DNA of 64,000 nucleotides, taken from NCBI RefSeq assembly GCF_009914755.1, contig NC_060945.1; one strand, given 5' to 3'. The stretch comes from the human T2T-CHM13v2.0 reference genome, Homo sapiens. This document shows, piece by piece, positions 42,095-55,411 of this stretch (its first letter is position 1; every line of letters begins with the position of its first letter). Made by a program: the position numbers and the translations under genes. The notes beneath the pieces are model-generated. The model did not search any database. It had not been told where the DNA came from and saw nothing but the letters and a program-made list of their open reading frames with translations.

Positions 42095-42844
42095 CTATGC
42101 TGAGTTCAAAGCTGCACCCTGCCATGTATTAGTCATTTGTCCCTGAGCTGGTGATGTACTCTTTTAAGGCTTCAGTTACCATCCCCATGACATGAAGCCA
42201 GTGTTTGTCCCTAAGGTAAGGATGGAAAATCTGAGAATGTGACTCTGTGTGGGCTTCAAGTATACATGCTTTATCTCTTTCACACCCTTCTCCTCTTTCT
42301 TCCTGGGAACAATATAACTGGATTTGCTTCACTCAGCAATATACAGAATTTTACTGAAAATGAGAGCCTTTGGAGAAAATATATTATTTTAGCTTTGTTC
42401 CATTGAAGCATTTCTTCCTGAATTTCCTGAGAACTCTGGGTTTATTTATTTTTTAGACTTTTGATTTTATTTATTTATTTATTTTAACTCTTTTTTTCCA
42501 ATAAGTTATTGGGGTTCAGGTGGTATTTGGTTACATGGGTAAGTTCTTTAGTGGTGATTCGTGAGATTTTGGTGCACCCATCACCCAGGCAGTATACACT
42601 GCACCATATTTGTAATCTTTTATCCCTCATCCCCCTCTCACTCTTCCCCCTAAGTCCCCAAAGTCCATTGTATCGTTCTTATGCCTTTGTGTCCTCATAG
42701 CTTAACTCCCACACATCAGTGAGAACATATGATGTTTGGTTTTCCATTCCTGTGTTACTTCATTTAGAATAATAGTCTCCAATCTCATACAGGTAACTGC
42801 AAATGCTGTTAATTCATTCCTTTTTATGCCTGTGTAGTATTCCA

Positions 42845-42845
<1 letters not shown>

Positions 42846-42896
<51 letters not shown>
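42846..42896. repeat. (TG)n microsatellite inside the L1 3' region
   Basis: About 25 uninterrupted TG units. Confidence 0.97.
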
Positions 42897-42901
<5 letters not shown>

Positions 42902-42905
42902 CATA

Positions 42906-45900
42906 TCACAGTTTCTTTATACACTTGTTGATTGATGGGCATTTGGATTGGTTCCATGATTTTGCAATTGTGAATTGTGCTGCTATAAACATGCATGTGC
43001 AAGTATCTTTTTTGAATAATGACTTATTTGCCTCTGGGTAGTAGTGGGATTGCTGGATCAAATGGTAGTTTACTTTTAGTTCTTTAAGGAATCTCCACAC
43101 TGTTTTCCATAGTGGCTGCACTAGTTTCCATTCCCACCAGCAGTGTAGAAGTGTTCCCTGTTCATCATACCCATACCAAACATCTACTGTGTTTTGATTT
43201 TTTGATTATGGCCATTCTTGCAAGAGTAAGGTGGTATCGCATTATGGTTTTGATTTGCATTTCCCTGATCATTAGTAATGTCGAGCATTTTTCCATACGT
43301 TTGTTGGCCATTTGTATATCTTCTTTTGAGAATTGTCTATTCATATCCTTAGCCCAGTTTTTGATGGGATTGTTAGTTTTTTTCTTACTGATTTGTTTGA
43401 GTTCATTGTAGATTCTGGATATTAATCCTCTGTCAGATGTGTAGATTGTGAAGATTTTCTCCCATTCTGTCTGTTTACTCTGCTGACTGTTCCTTTTGCT
43501 GTGCAAAAGCTCTTTAGTTTAATTAGGTCCCAACTATTTATCTTTGTTTTTGCTCCATTTGCTTTTGGGTTCTTGGTCATGAAATTCTTGCCTCAGCCAA
43601 TGTCTAGAAGGGCATTTCCAATGTTATCTTCTAGAATTTTTTATAGTTTCAGGTCTTAGGTTTAAGTCCTTAATCCATCTTGAGTTGATTTTTTATAAGG
43701 TGAGAGATGAGGATCCAGTTTCATTCTCCTACATGTGTCTAGCCAATTATCCCAGGATCATTTGTTGAAAAGGGTGTCCTTTCCCCACTTTATGTTTTCA
43801 TTTGCTTTGTTGAAGATCAGTTGGCTGAAAGTATTGGGTTTATTTCTGGATTCTCTTTTCTTTTCCATTGGTCTATGTGCCTATTTTTATACCAGTACCA
43901 TGCTGTTTTGGTGACTATGGCCTTATGGTATGAGTTCTGCTCTGATCTTGGTTATTTCCTATCTTCTGCTGGGTTTGGGTTTGAAATCAAGTAGTGTGAT
44001 GCCTCCAGATTTGTTCTTTTTGCTAAGTCTTGCTTTGGCTGTGTGGGCTCTTTTTTGGTGCCATATGAATTTTAGAATTGTTTTTTCTAATTCTGTGAAG
44101 AGAGATGGTGGTATTTTGATGGGGATTGCATTGGATTTGTAGATTTCTTTTGGCAGTATGGTCATTTTCAAACAATATTGATTCTACCCATCCATGAGCA
44201 TGAGATATGTTTCCATTTGTGCCATCTATGATTTCTTTCAGCAGTGTTTTTTAGTTTTCCTTGTAGAAGTCTTTCTACTCCTTTGTTAGGTATATTCCTA
44301 AGGTTTTTGTTTGTTTGTTTGTTTGTTTGTTTTGTTTTTTTTTTCAGCTATTGTAAAAGGGGTTGAGTTCTTGATTTGATTCTCTGCTTGGTCGCTGTTG
44401 CTGTTTAGAAAAGTTACTGATTTGTATACATTAATCTTGTCTCCAGAAACTTTGCTGAATTCTTCTATCAGTTCTAGGAGCTTTCTGGAGGAATCCTTAG
44501 GTTTTTCAAGGTAAACAGTCAGCAAATGGTGACAGTTTGACTTCCTTTTTACCTGTTTGGATGCCCTTTATTTCTTTCTGTTGTCTGATTGCTCTGGCTA
44601 GGATTTCCAGTACTATGTTGAAGAGGAGTGGTGAGAGTGGACATCCCTGTCTTGTTCCCATTCTCAGAGGAAATGCTTTCAACTTTTCCCCATTCATTAT
44701 TATGTCGACTGTGGGTTTTTCATAGATGGCTTTTATTACATTAAGGTATGTCCCTTATATGCCAATTTTGCTGAGAGTTTTAACCATAAAGGGATGCTGG
44801 ATTTTGTCAAATTTTTTTTTCTGCATCTATTGAGATGATCATGTGATTTTTGTTTTTAATTCTGTTTATGTGGTGTATCACATTTATTGACTTGCGTATG
44901 TTAAACCATCCGTGCATTCCTGGTATTAAACCCACTTGCTCATGATGGATTATCTTTTTGATATGTTGCTGGATTCGATTAGCTAGTATTTTGTTAAGGA
45001 TTTTAGCATCTATGTTCTTCAAGGATATTGGTCTGTAGTTTTCTTTTCTGGTTTTGGTATTAGGGTGATATTGGCTTCACAGAATGAATTAGGGAGGGTT
45101 CCTTCTTTCTCTGTCTTGTGGAATAGTGTCAATAGGATTGGTATCAATTCTTCTTTGAATGTCTAGTAGAATTCTGCTGTGATTCCGTCTGGTCCTGGAC
45201 TTTTTTTTGTTGGTAATTTTTAAATTACAATTTCAATCTCACTGCTTGTTACTGGTCTGTTCAGGGTATCTAATTCTTCATGATTTAAGCTAGGAGGGTT
45301 GTATTTTTCAAGGAGTTTATTCATCTATTTTAGGTTTTCTAGTTTATATGCATAAGGGTGTTCATAGCAGCCTTGAATGAACTTTTGTATTTCAGTGGTG
45401 TCAGTTGTAATATCTCCTGTTTCCTTTCTTAGTGAGGTTATTTAGATTTTCTTTCTTCTTTTTGTGGTTATCTTGCTAATGGTCTATCAATTTTACTTAT
45501 CTCTCAAAGAACCAGCTGTTTGTTTCATTTATCTTCTGTCTTGTCTTTTTATTTCAATTTCATTTAGTTCTGCTCTGATCTTGGTTATTTCCTCTGTTCT
45601 GCTGGGTTTGGGTTTGGTTTGTTCTTGTTTCTCTAGTTCCTTGAGATGTAACCATAGATTGTCTATTTGTGATCTTTCAGACTTTTTGATGTAGGCATTT
45701 ATGACTATGCAGTTTCCTCTTAGCACTGCCTTTGCTGTATCCCAGAGGTTTTGATAGATTGTGTCATTATTGTCATTCAGTTCAAAGAATTTTTAAATTT
45801 CCATCTTGATTTCCTTTTTGACGCAATGCTCATTGAGGAGCCAGTTATTTAATTTCCATGTATTTGCATGGTTTTGAAGATTCCTTTTGGAGTTGATTCC

Positions 45901-46593
45901 CAGTTATATTCCACTGTGGTCTGAGAGAGTGCTTGATATAATTTCGATTTTCTTAAATTTTTTGAGGCTCATTTTATGGCCTATCATATTGTCTGTCTTG
46001 GAGAAAGTTCCATGTGCTGTTGAATAGAATGTGTGTTCTGTGGTTGTTGGATGAAATGTTCTGTGTATATCTGTTAAGTCCATTTGTTCCAAGATATAGT
46101 TTAAGTCCACTGTTTCTTTGTTGAATTTATGTCTTGATGACCTGTCTAGTGCTGTCTGTGGAGTATTGAAGTCCCCCACTATTATTATGTTTCTGTCTAT
46201 CTCATCTCTTAGGTCTATTAGCAATCGTTTTATAAATTTGAGACCTCCAGTGTTAGGTGCATATATGTTTAGGATTGTGATATTTTCCCACTGGACAAGG
46301 CCTTGTACCTCTTTGTCTCTTTTAGCAGATGTTGCTTTAAAATTTGTTTTGTCTGATATAAGAATAGCTACTCCTGCTTGCTTTTGGTGTTCATTTGCAT
46401 GAAATGCCTTTTTATACCCCTTTACTTTAAACTTACGTGAGTGCTTATGTGTTAGTTGAGTCTCTTCAAGGCAGCATATAGTTGGTTGGTGAGTTCTTAT
46501 CCATTCTGTGGTTCTCTATCTTTTAAGTGGAGCACTTAGGCCATTTACATTCAACGTTAGTATTGAAACGTGAGGTACCATTGCTTTCATCAT
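42906..46593 (-). pseudogene. L1 ORF2 remnant (endonuclease, reverse transcriptase, Cys-rich domain), frameshifted
   Basis: Fragments: [74 protein letters not shown]. Confidence 0.92.
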
Positions 46594-46699
46594 GTTCCTT
46601 GTTGCCTGTGTACTTTGGTGGTTTCTTTTTTGTTTTTGCTTTTTAACTTGTATTTTTGTTTTATAGGTTCTATGTGATTTATGTTTTAAAGAGGTTCTA

Positions 46700-47677
46700 T
46701 TTTGATTTGTTTCAAGATTTAGAGCTCCTTTAAGCAGTTCTTGTAGTGGTGGCTTGGAAGTGGCAAATTCTCTCAACATTTGTTTGTCTGAAAAAGACTA
46801 TTTTTTCTTCATGTATGATGCTTAGTTTCACTGCATACAAAATTCTTGGCTCATAATTGTTTTGTTTGAGGAGGCTGAAGGTACGTCCCCAATCCCTTCT
46901 AGCTTGTAGGGTTTCTGCTGAGAAATCTGCTGTTAATCTGATAGGTGTTCCTTTGTAGGTTACTTGGTGCTTCTGTCTTGTGGCTTTTAAGATTCTTTCC
47001 TTTGTCTTAACTTTGGATAACCTGATGACAATGTGGCTAGGCAAAGATCTTTTTGCAATGAATTTCCCAGGTGTCCTTTGTGCTTCTTGTACTTGGCTCT
47101 CTAGATCTCTCACAAGGCCAGGGAATTTTTCCTTAATTATTCCCTCAAACATGTTTTCCAGGCTTTTAGAATTCTCTTCTTCCTCAGGTACACCAATTTT
47201 TCTTAGGTTTGGTTGTTTAACATAATCCCAGACTTCTTGGAGGCTTTGTTTATATTTTCTTATTCTTTTCTCTTTGTCAGATTGGGTTAATTCAAAGACC
47301 TTGTCTTTGAGCTCTGAATTTCTTCCTTCTACTTGTTCAATTCTATTGCTGTGACTTTCCAGAGCATTTCAGATTTCTAAAAGTGTGTCCAAAGTTTCCT
47401 GAATTTTTATTGTTTTTTCTTTAAGTGATCTATATCCATGAATATTTCTCCCTTCACTTCTTGTATCGTTTTTTGGATTTCTTTGCATTGGGCTTCACCT
47501 TTCTCTGGTCCCTCCCTGATTAGCTTATTAACTAACCTCCTGAATTCTTTTTTCAGGTAAATCAGGGATTTCTTCTTGGTTTGGATCCATTGCTGGTGAA
47601 CAAGTGTGATTTTTTGGGGGTATTGAAGAGCCTGGTTTTGTCATATTACCAGGATTGGTTTTCTGGTTCTTTCTCAT
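46700..47677 (-). pseudogene. L1 ORF1 remnant
   Basis: ORF 46730-47152 contains QEAQRTP…HIVIRL…KERILKA…TYKGTPIRLTADFSAETLQARRDW. Confidence 0.88.
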
Positions 47678-49264
47678 TTGGGTAGGCTCTGTCAGAGGGA
47701 AGGTCTAGGGCTGAAGGCTGTTGTTCAGGTTCTTTTGTCCCATGGGGTGTTCTCTTGATGTAGTACTGTCTCCCTTTTCCTATAGATGTGGCTTCCTGTG
47801 AGCTGAACTGCAGTGATTGTTGTCTCTCTTCTGGGTCTAGCCACCCAGCGAGTTTCCCAGCTCTGGGCTGGTACTGGGGTTTGTCTGCACAGAGTCCTGT
47901 GATGTGAACCATCTATGGGTCTCTCAGCTGTGGTTACCAGCACCTTTTCGGGTGGAACTGGCAGAAGGTGCAATGGGCTCTGTGAGGTTCCTTAGCTTTG
48001 GTGGTTTAATGCTCTATTTTTGTGCTGTTTGGCCTCCTGCCAGGAGGTGGCGCTTTCCAGAAAGCATCAGCTGCAGTAGTGTGGAGAGGGACTGGCAGTG
48101 GGTGTGGCCCTAGAACTCCCAAGATTATATGCCCTTTGTCTTGCACTACCGGGGTGGATAGGCTAGGACCACCAGGTGGGGGCAGGGCTGGGTGTGTCTG
48201 AGCTCAGACTCTCCATGGGCGGGTCTTGCTGCTGCTGCTGTGGGGGATAGGGTTGAGGTTCCCAGGTCACTGGACTTGTGTACCTAGCAGGATTATGGCT
48301 GCCTCTGCTGAGTCATGCAGGTTGTCAGGGAAGTGGGGGAAAGCCGGCAGTCACAGACCTCACCCAGCTCCCATGCAAACTGAAGGGCTGGTCTCACTCC
48401 CACCATGCCCTGGCCAACAGCCCAGAATCTGTTTCCAGGAGGAGGGTGAGATGGGCTTGAAAATTTGCCTGAGGCTATCCACCTCCCAGCTGGGAGAGAA
48501 TAACGCTTTAGTTCTTCTCCTGCCTGTGAAGTCTGCATGCCTGATTCGTGCCCTCCCGAGTTCTTGCCCAGAGGCTTCTTGCCCTGTTCAAATTGTTACA
48601 AAGTTCAGCTAGAGAATTCCTTCTCCCTGTAGTTTCACCCCCTGCTCCTCTGGCCACCCTCCTGATGTGTGGTCCCAGGCAGGAACTGGCTGCTTAGGGA
48701 CCCAGCGAGCTCCCAGGGCCTTTCTGCTGCTTCCTCTACCCCATATTTCACTCGGCTCTCTAACTGGACTCGGCACCAGGTAAAGTCGAAAACTTCTCCC
48801 TCAAACAGAACTTCGGTTTCTCCAGTGGGTGTGTGTGTCCAGGAGAGGTGGATCTTCCTTTCCCACTTCTATGGTTGGGACACTCACAGTATTTGGGGTG
48901 TCTCCCAGGTCCTGCAGGAGCAGTCTGCTTCCTTCAGAGGATCTGTAGTTCCTCTCGGTGTTGCTGGTTTGTTTTTGCAGTCAATGTATTTGACTTTTTA
49001 AAATTCTGGTCCAACGTATTTTAAATCCCCAATTCATGGGTTATAATCACAAAGACATAAGGATGAATTTGAGGCTCTGGAACTGAGCTCCTGGGTCTCT
49101 GTCTTGCCTGATCCTCTTAGCTGGAGGCAGAGTCAGAGCTCTGGGTTTAGGTCACTTGAGCAGGTACAGAATAGTGTGAGTGATGGATGGGTTAATATGC
49201 CTACCATCTCTTCTCTTAAGCACCAGGTGGGGAGAAGACCAAGCAGGGAGATGTCAAGTCCTCA

Positions 49265-49892
49265 TGTCAGGGGCATTTGAACTAGAGTGACTCCATCTTG
49301 AATGGGGGCTAGGTAAAATAAGGCTGAGACCTGCTGGGCTGCATTCCCAGGAGGTTAAGGCATTCTTAGTCACAGGATGAGATAGGAAGTCAGCACAAGA
49401 TACAGTTAACAAAGACCTTGCTGATAAAATAGCATGTGGTAAAGAAGCTGGCCAAATCCCACCAATGCCAAGATGGCGACAAAAGTGACTTCTGATCACT
49501 TTCATTATATGCTAATTGTCATTACACACTAATTAGAATGTATTAACATCCTAAAAGACATACCCACCAGCACAACAACAGTTTACAAATGCCATGGGAA
49601 TGTCAGGGCAATCTAAAAAAAGGGGGAACCCTCAGTTCCAGGAATTGCCCACCCTTTTCCTGGGAAATTCATGAATAATCCACCCCTTCTTTAGCAGATA
49701 ATCAAGAAATAAACATAAAAATAGGCAACCGGAAGCCCTTGGGGGTGCTCTGCCTATGGAGTAGCCATTCTTTTATTCCCTTACTTTCTTAATAAACTTG
49801 CTTTCACTTTATGACCTTGTCCTGGATTCTTTCTTACACAAGGTCCAAGAACCCTCTCTTAGAGTGTGGATCAAGACCCTTTTCTGTTAACG
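49265..49892 (+). mobile_element. MER41B ERV1 solo LTR
   Basis: tgtcaggggcatttgaac…gactccatcttgaat…ggctgagacctgctgggctgcattccc…aagaaccctctctt; perfect TSD ctca (49261-64 and 49893-96). Confidence 0.9.
49636..49666. promoter_or_regulatory. Tandem STAT (GAS) motifs in MER41B
   Basis: TTCCAGGAA (N3) at 49636-44 and TTCCTGGGAA (N4) at 49657-66. Confidence 0.55.
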
Positions 49893-50381
49893 CTCAGATA
49901 TCCCTTCAAGTCTTAGCTTGTGCTGACTTTCTTGGCTTAAGGCAATTCCAAACTTACTGCTCAGAAACTGGCTTTCAATTCCAAATTCCTGTTGCACTTG
50001 AGCTGTGTTCTTACATGCAGGTGTAGGAGGTTTTTGCTCCTTTGTTAGAGGTTAAAGCAGCAGTGAAGTAAGCCACCCCTGCTGCTCCTTAATTTATTTA
50101 TTTTTTCATTTTCTCTCTGGTTTATTTGAAGGAAGAAGAACAGAACAATGTTAGCCCCTCTGAATCTTGAGTGTGGAAAATTACGGGGCCACCTACCAAT
50201 TGTTACTGGCAGGAGACGTAATAAGAGAGCCAGGAGCTGGCAACTCTCCTTCCTCTGGCCAGGAGTTTTCTTCTTACTCATTAGCAATTATTTATCTGCT
50301 CTTTGGAAGGAGGAGTTGTTCCTCCTTGCACGTGCTGTGCTGAATGAACTCACCAGAAGGAAAATAATTTCACAGTGCATG

Positions 50382-50680
50382 TTTTTTTTTTTTTTTTTTT
50401 GAGACGGAGTCTCGCTGTCACCCAGGCTGGAGTGCAGTGTCACGATCTCGGCTCACTGCAGGCTCCGCCCCCCGGGGTTCACGCCATTCTCCTGCCTCAG
50501 CCTCCCGCGTAGCTGGGACTACAGGTGCCCGCCACCTCGCCCGGCTAATTTTTTGTATTTTTAGTAGAGATGGGGTTTCACCGTGTTAGCCAGGATGGTC
50601 TTGATCTCCTGACCTCTTGATCCGCCCGCCTCGGCCTCCCAAAGTGCTGGGATTACAGGCGTGAGCCACCGCACCCGGCC
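50382..50680 (-). mobile_element. AluYe5/Ye6-type
   Basis: Diagnostics on the Alu strand: GGGCGAGGTGG, AACCCCGGGGGGCGGAGCCTGC, GACAGCGAGAC, CTACGCGGG; TSD tca(c/t)agtgca(t/c)gttttt. Confidence 0.88.
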
Positions 50681-51513
50681 TCATAGTGCACGTTTTTAAA
50701 GCTCCCTCCATGGTAGGAAAGTTTTTGTGGAACAGAAGAAAATTGGAGGTTAGCAATCATTTTATTATTTTGTTAAATGAAGAAAGCCAGGAAAAATAAA
50801 ATTCCTGGTAAAGAAAGAGTTGCTTCAGTTTACTGCTCTGGGGTGGCTTCTCCAGTGATTCTGGCCGGTGCATTAGGAAGCCAAGTTTGCATTTTGGAGG
50901 TTGTGGACTCAGCATATGAGTCAAGTTTCTTTGCAAAGAAAACCTGAGGGTTTTGTTGTATTCTAATTTATAATTAGGCATTAGGCAAAGTAGCAATGAA
51001 GGATCTTACTTCAGCAGGTTTACTGCTTGATTTTGCTTTTGGTTCTACTTAGCAACTTTAAGTAGAGTAAAGGAAGCAGCTATACTCCTTCAGGGAATCA
51101 AGATATGACAATTGGACATTTGGATATTCATGTGTTTTTTTAGGATGGAACCTCTATAAATGGAATGACACTTCTAAGGTCCAAAAGTAAATATAAATTT
51201 TAAATTGTTCTTTTAAATCTATGCACATTTCTCAGAATCTCAGAAAAAATAAACATTCCAAGAATAAAATGTGATTTGTATTATTTCTACTAAAAAAAAA
51301 AAAAAACTCCCAAGCCAAATACCAAAGCAATGCACATCTGTTGAAATTAGGAATACAGTTATTAAATAAAGCTAAAAAATACACATCTGAAAAATAAAAG
51401 GCAACACAAAGATTAGTGACTTGCTACTATTTTTTATTTGATTTTATTTGCACGTTAGCAATCCTGAAATTAAAAAGAGTCGCACCTTGAAAGATAAACT
51501 AAGTATTCATGGT

Positions 51514-51824
51514 TTTTATTTTTTATTTTATTTGTTTATTTTTTTGAGACAAAGTCTCACTCTGTTGCCCAGGCTGGAATACAGTGGTGCGATCTTAGCT
51601 CACTGCAACCTCCGCCTCCTGGATTCAATCGATTCTCTGCCTCAGCCTCCTGAGTAGCTGGGATTACAGGCGCCCACCACCACGCCTGGCTAATTTTTGT
51701 ATTTTTAGTAGAGACAGGGTTTCACCATCTTGGCCTGGCTGGTCTTGAACTTTGGACTTCGTGATCCACCTGCCTCAGCCTCCCAAAGTGCTGGTATTAT
51801 AGGCGTGAGCCACTGCACTCGGCC
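51514..51824 (-). mobile_element. AluSg-like
   Basis: Full Alu; TSD-like tggtttttatttt on both sides. Confidence 0.9.
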
Positions 51825-52249
51825 TCTTGGTTTTTATTTTTACAAGATAGAAGTTCAAGGGATTATTTTGAAGTGAAAATAATAGTGTTACTTTTGGTGG
51901 TTAAATGATTGCTTTACCATTCCAAGCACTTTTGACATCCATGGTGGAGGAACTTTGTTTAAGCCAGAAGAAAGGTTTTCCATGCGGCTCTCCTTACAGT
52001 GCTTTCTAGAGATGGGCTATGACACACAGCGACACTGGTTAATAATAGTACTTCCCTATGAGTGAACATTTTAAGTATGGTTAAAAAATAGGTAACAAAT
52101 GATGCAAAAGCAATATAGCTGATCTAGCTAAAATGTTGCTTTATAAAAACTAGATATCTTGGCACCATCTTTGCCTTTGTCCCGTCTGCCTCTAATCTGT
52201 GACCAAGTTCTCAGTCCCTTCCTCTCCATTCTCTCTGCCACTACTTTGA

Positions 52250-52605
<356 letters not shown>

Positions 52606-53120
52606 GACACCAGTTTCTAAATGCTTTGCTGCATTTCCCCCTATTTTTTTTTTTAATAATTCATCCTCCTGAAACATAAACCCCAAAATGTCATCCACTT
52701 GCTGAAAACCTTGGTTTGCATAACTCTCTGTTTGCAACAACTGTTTTCTCTGGGGTTGTCCATATTTTGGGTTAAGACCTTCACTAATGGCCAGGACTCA
52801 GCCCACAGAAAAGGGAGTGTCAGGGTTTGGCAGATCGTTAGGCCCCAGTCAAGTAATTAAGAGTTCTTCCTGCAGCTGCCAGCTTTGGGGAAGACTGGGT
52901 CGCTGCTGATGATGTTGAGTCAGGAGCCCAGCTATGTACACTGGGCACATGTGGGGAAGGATGGGAGAAGGCTGGAGCCCCAGTGGTCATGAACTGCCCA
53001 AGCACTCAGGCAATGCACAGTAATAGCAGGACTAAGCCCAGAGCCTGCACTCTGATGGATACGAGATAACCAGCCCACTTCCTGCCTCGTTCAGGAACTC
53101 TACAAGGCCAAACCTATTCA

Positions 53121-54400
53121 TTTTATTTATTTATTTATTTAGAGATGGAGTCTCACTCACTTTGTCATCCAGGCTGCAGTGCAGTGGCGCAATCTCGGCT
53201 TACTGCAACCTCCGCCTCCCGGATTCAAGCGATTCTTCTGCCGAAGGTGTGGTTTGCCCCTCCACACCTGTGGGTGTTTCTCGTTAGGTGGAACGAGAGA
53301 CTTGGAAAAGAAAGAGACACGGAGACAAAGTATAGAGAAAGAAATACGGGGGCCCAGGGGACCAGCGTTCAGCATACGGAGGATCCCGCCGGCCTCTGAG
53401 TTCCCTTAGTATTTAGTGATCGTTCTTGGGTGTTTCTCGGAGAGGGGGATGTGGCAGGGTCATAGGATAATAGTGGACAGAAGGTCAGCAGATAAACACG
53501 TGAACAAAGGTCTCTGCATCATAGACAAGGTAAAGAATTAAGTGCTGTGCTTTAGATATGCATACACATAAACATCTCAATGCCTTAAACAGCAGTACTG
53601 CTGCCCGCGTGTCCCACCTCCAGCCCTAAGGCAGTTTTCCCCTATCCCAGTAGATGGAATGTACAATTGGGTTTTACACCGAGACATTCCATTGCCCAGG
53701 GATGGGCAGGAGACAGATGCCTTCTTCTTGTCTCAACTGCAAAGAGGCGTTCCTTCCTCTTTTACTAATCCTCCTCAGCACAGACCATTTACGGGTGTCG
53801 GGCTGGGGGACGGTCAGGTCTTTCCCTTCCCACGAGGCCATATTTCAGACTATCACATGGGGAGAAACCTTGGACAATACCTGGCTTTCCTAGGCAGAGG
53901 TCCCTGCGGCCTTCCGCAGTGTTTGTGTCCCTGGGTACTTGAGATTAGGGAGTGGTGATGACTCTTAAAGAGCATGCTGACTTCAAGCATCTGTTTAACA
54001 AAGCACATCTTGCACAGCCCTTAATCCATTTCACCCTGAGCTGACACAGCACATGTTTCAGGGAGCACAGGGTTGGGGGTAAGATTACAGATTAACAGCA
54101 TCTCAAGGCAGAAGAATTTTTCTTAGTACAGAACAAAATGGAGACTCCTATGTCTACTTCTTTCTACACAGACACAGTAACAATCTGATCTCTTTTTCTT
54201 TTCCCCACATTCTGCTTCAGCCTCTTGAGCGGCTGGGACTACAGGTGTGCATCACCACACCCAGCTAATTTTCATATTTTTAGTAGACATGGGTTTTTAC
54301 CATGTTGGCCAGGCTGGTCTTGAACTCCTGACCCCAAGTGATCTGCCTGCTTTGGCCTCCCAAAGTTCTGGGATTACAGGCATGAGCCACTGTGCCTGGC
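53121..54400 (-). mobile_element. AluS split by a HERV-K LTR5
   Basis: Alu halves at 53121-53241 and 54216-54400 join in register. Confidence 0.9.
53242..54209 (-). mobile_element. HERV-K(HML-2) solo LTR (LTR5B or early LTR5_Hs-like), 968 bp
   Basis: Minus strand begins TGTGGGGAAAAGAAAAAGAGATCAGATTGTTACTGTGTCTGTGTAGAAAG; perfect 6-bp TSD ttctgc (53236-41 and 54210-15). Confidence 0.95.
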
Positions 54401-54466
54401 TCCCATTTTAGATATTGGTAACGCAAGCGGGTAAAGACTAAGAATGACTTACTCCATTCTCTAAAG

Positions 54467-54640
54467 TAGTAGTTCCCAACATGGGCTAATCATATGAATT
54501 TCTTGGGAAGATTCCGGGGACCCATTATGAATGGTCTGAATCAGATTACCCAAGCAGATCCGACCCCAGGAATATGTATTTTAATCTAGTTTTCCAGGTG
54601 ATTCCCACGTAGTCGGTTTGACAAGGCCTGGGGAACCAGT
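54467..54640. mobile_element. MER5-like MITE
   Basis: tagtagttcccaac…tctgaatcaga…tttccaggtgattc…ctggggaaccagtg. Confidence 0.55.
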
Positions 54641-54742
54641 GAATAAGAGGGGGAAAATCAACATTCCTCACCATCACACCCAAGGCTGTTTACCACCAAA
54701 GTCCTATCATTCTGTAGCCATTCAGCTTTGTAGGTTTGTTAC

Positions 54743-54781
<39 letters not shown>

Positions 54782-55411
54782 TTGCTCCTCTCCTCTCTGG
54801 TATGTGATAATCCTGTGCACTTCTGTACATTTGCTCATATTTTTTGCTTTGATTTGAATGCTGTTTCCTATCTTCTTCATTTGGGAAGAAAAATCTTGTA
54901 TTTATTTCAAGTTCCAACGACTGATTCATTGAGAGGGTTCCCTTGATCCTACCAGCAGAATTAATTGCTTCTTTTATGCTTTCAAAAAGCTTTGTTCATA
55001 CCATTGGTAAGTATTTATCACACAGATTTATAGTTATAAGGTTAAGACATTCTGAATCACAAACCAGGACACATAATCCTGCAATCAGAATTGCCCCAGA
55101 TAATGTAAGATCCTTGATTACCACAGTTACAGTTGCTTGTGTCTTCCCTGATAAAGTATGAATTCTTACAGGCCAGAGACAGTCCTGTATTCACCAGTGT
55201 AACTCACACAACCTTCAATATGGTACAATGGAAATAGAAGGTGTCTAATAAATGTTGGGCGTCCATGTGAGCATGGTGCTGCCATTTTGAGTGTCAAGAT
55301 ACACTTAGCACCACTCAGAACTGGGAGCACGACTCCTCTTAGAAGGTGAATGGAAAGAATGTTTTGTCTTTCTTTTTATTTGTCATATTTCAGTTAAGAT
55401 CAGGCATAAAG

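Larger units (their letters stand above)
42465..48985 (-). mobile_element. Near-full-length L1PB (L1PB1 3' end, L1PBa-type 5'UTR), decayed
   Basis: L1PB 3'UTR, ORF2 and ORF1 remnants and a long 5'UTR; the first approximately 80 nt are missing relative to the L1PB 5' end at 63250. Confidence 0.93.

Noticed and set aside
42465-48985. Active full-length L1
   Set aside because: Old L1PB subfamily; both ORFs are broken by many stops and frameshifts.
53242-54209. SVA element
   Set aside because: The SINE-R similarity is explained by a complete HML-2 LTR with a 6-bp TSD; there is no hexamer, VNTR or poly-A tail.
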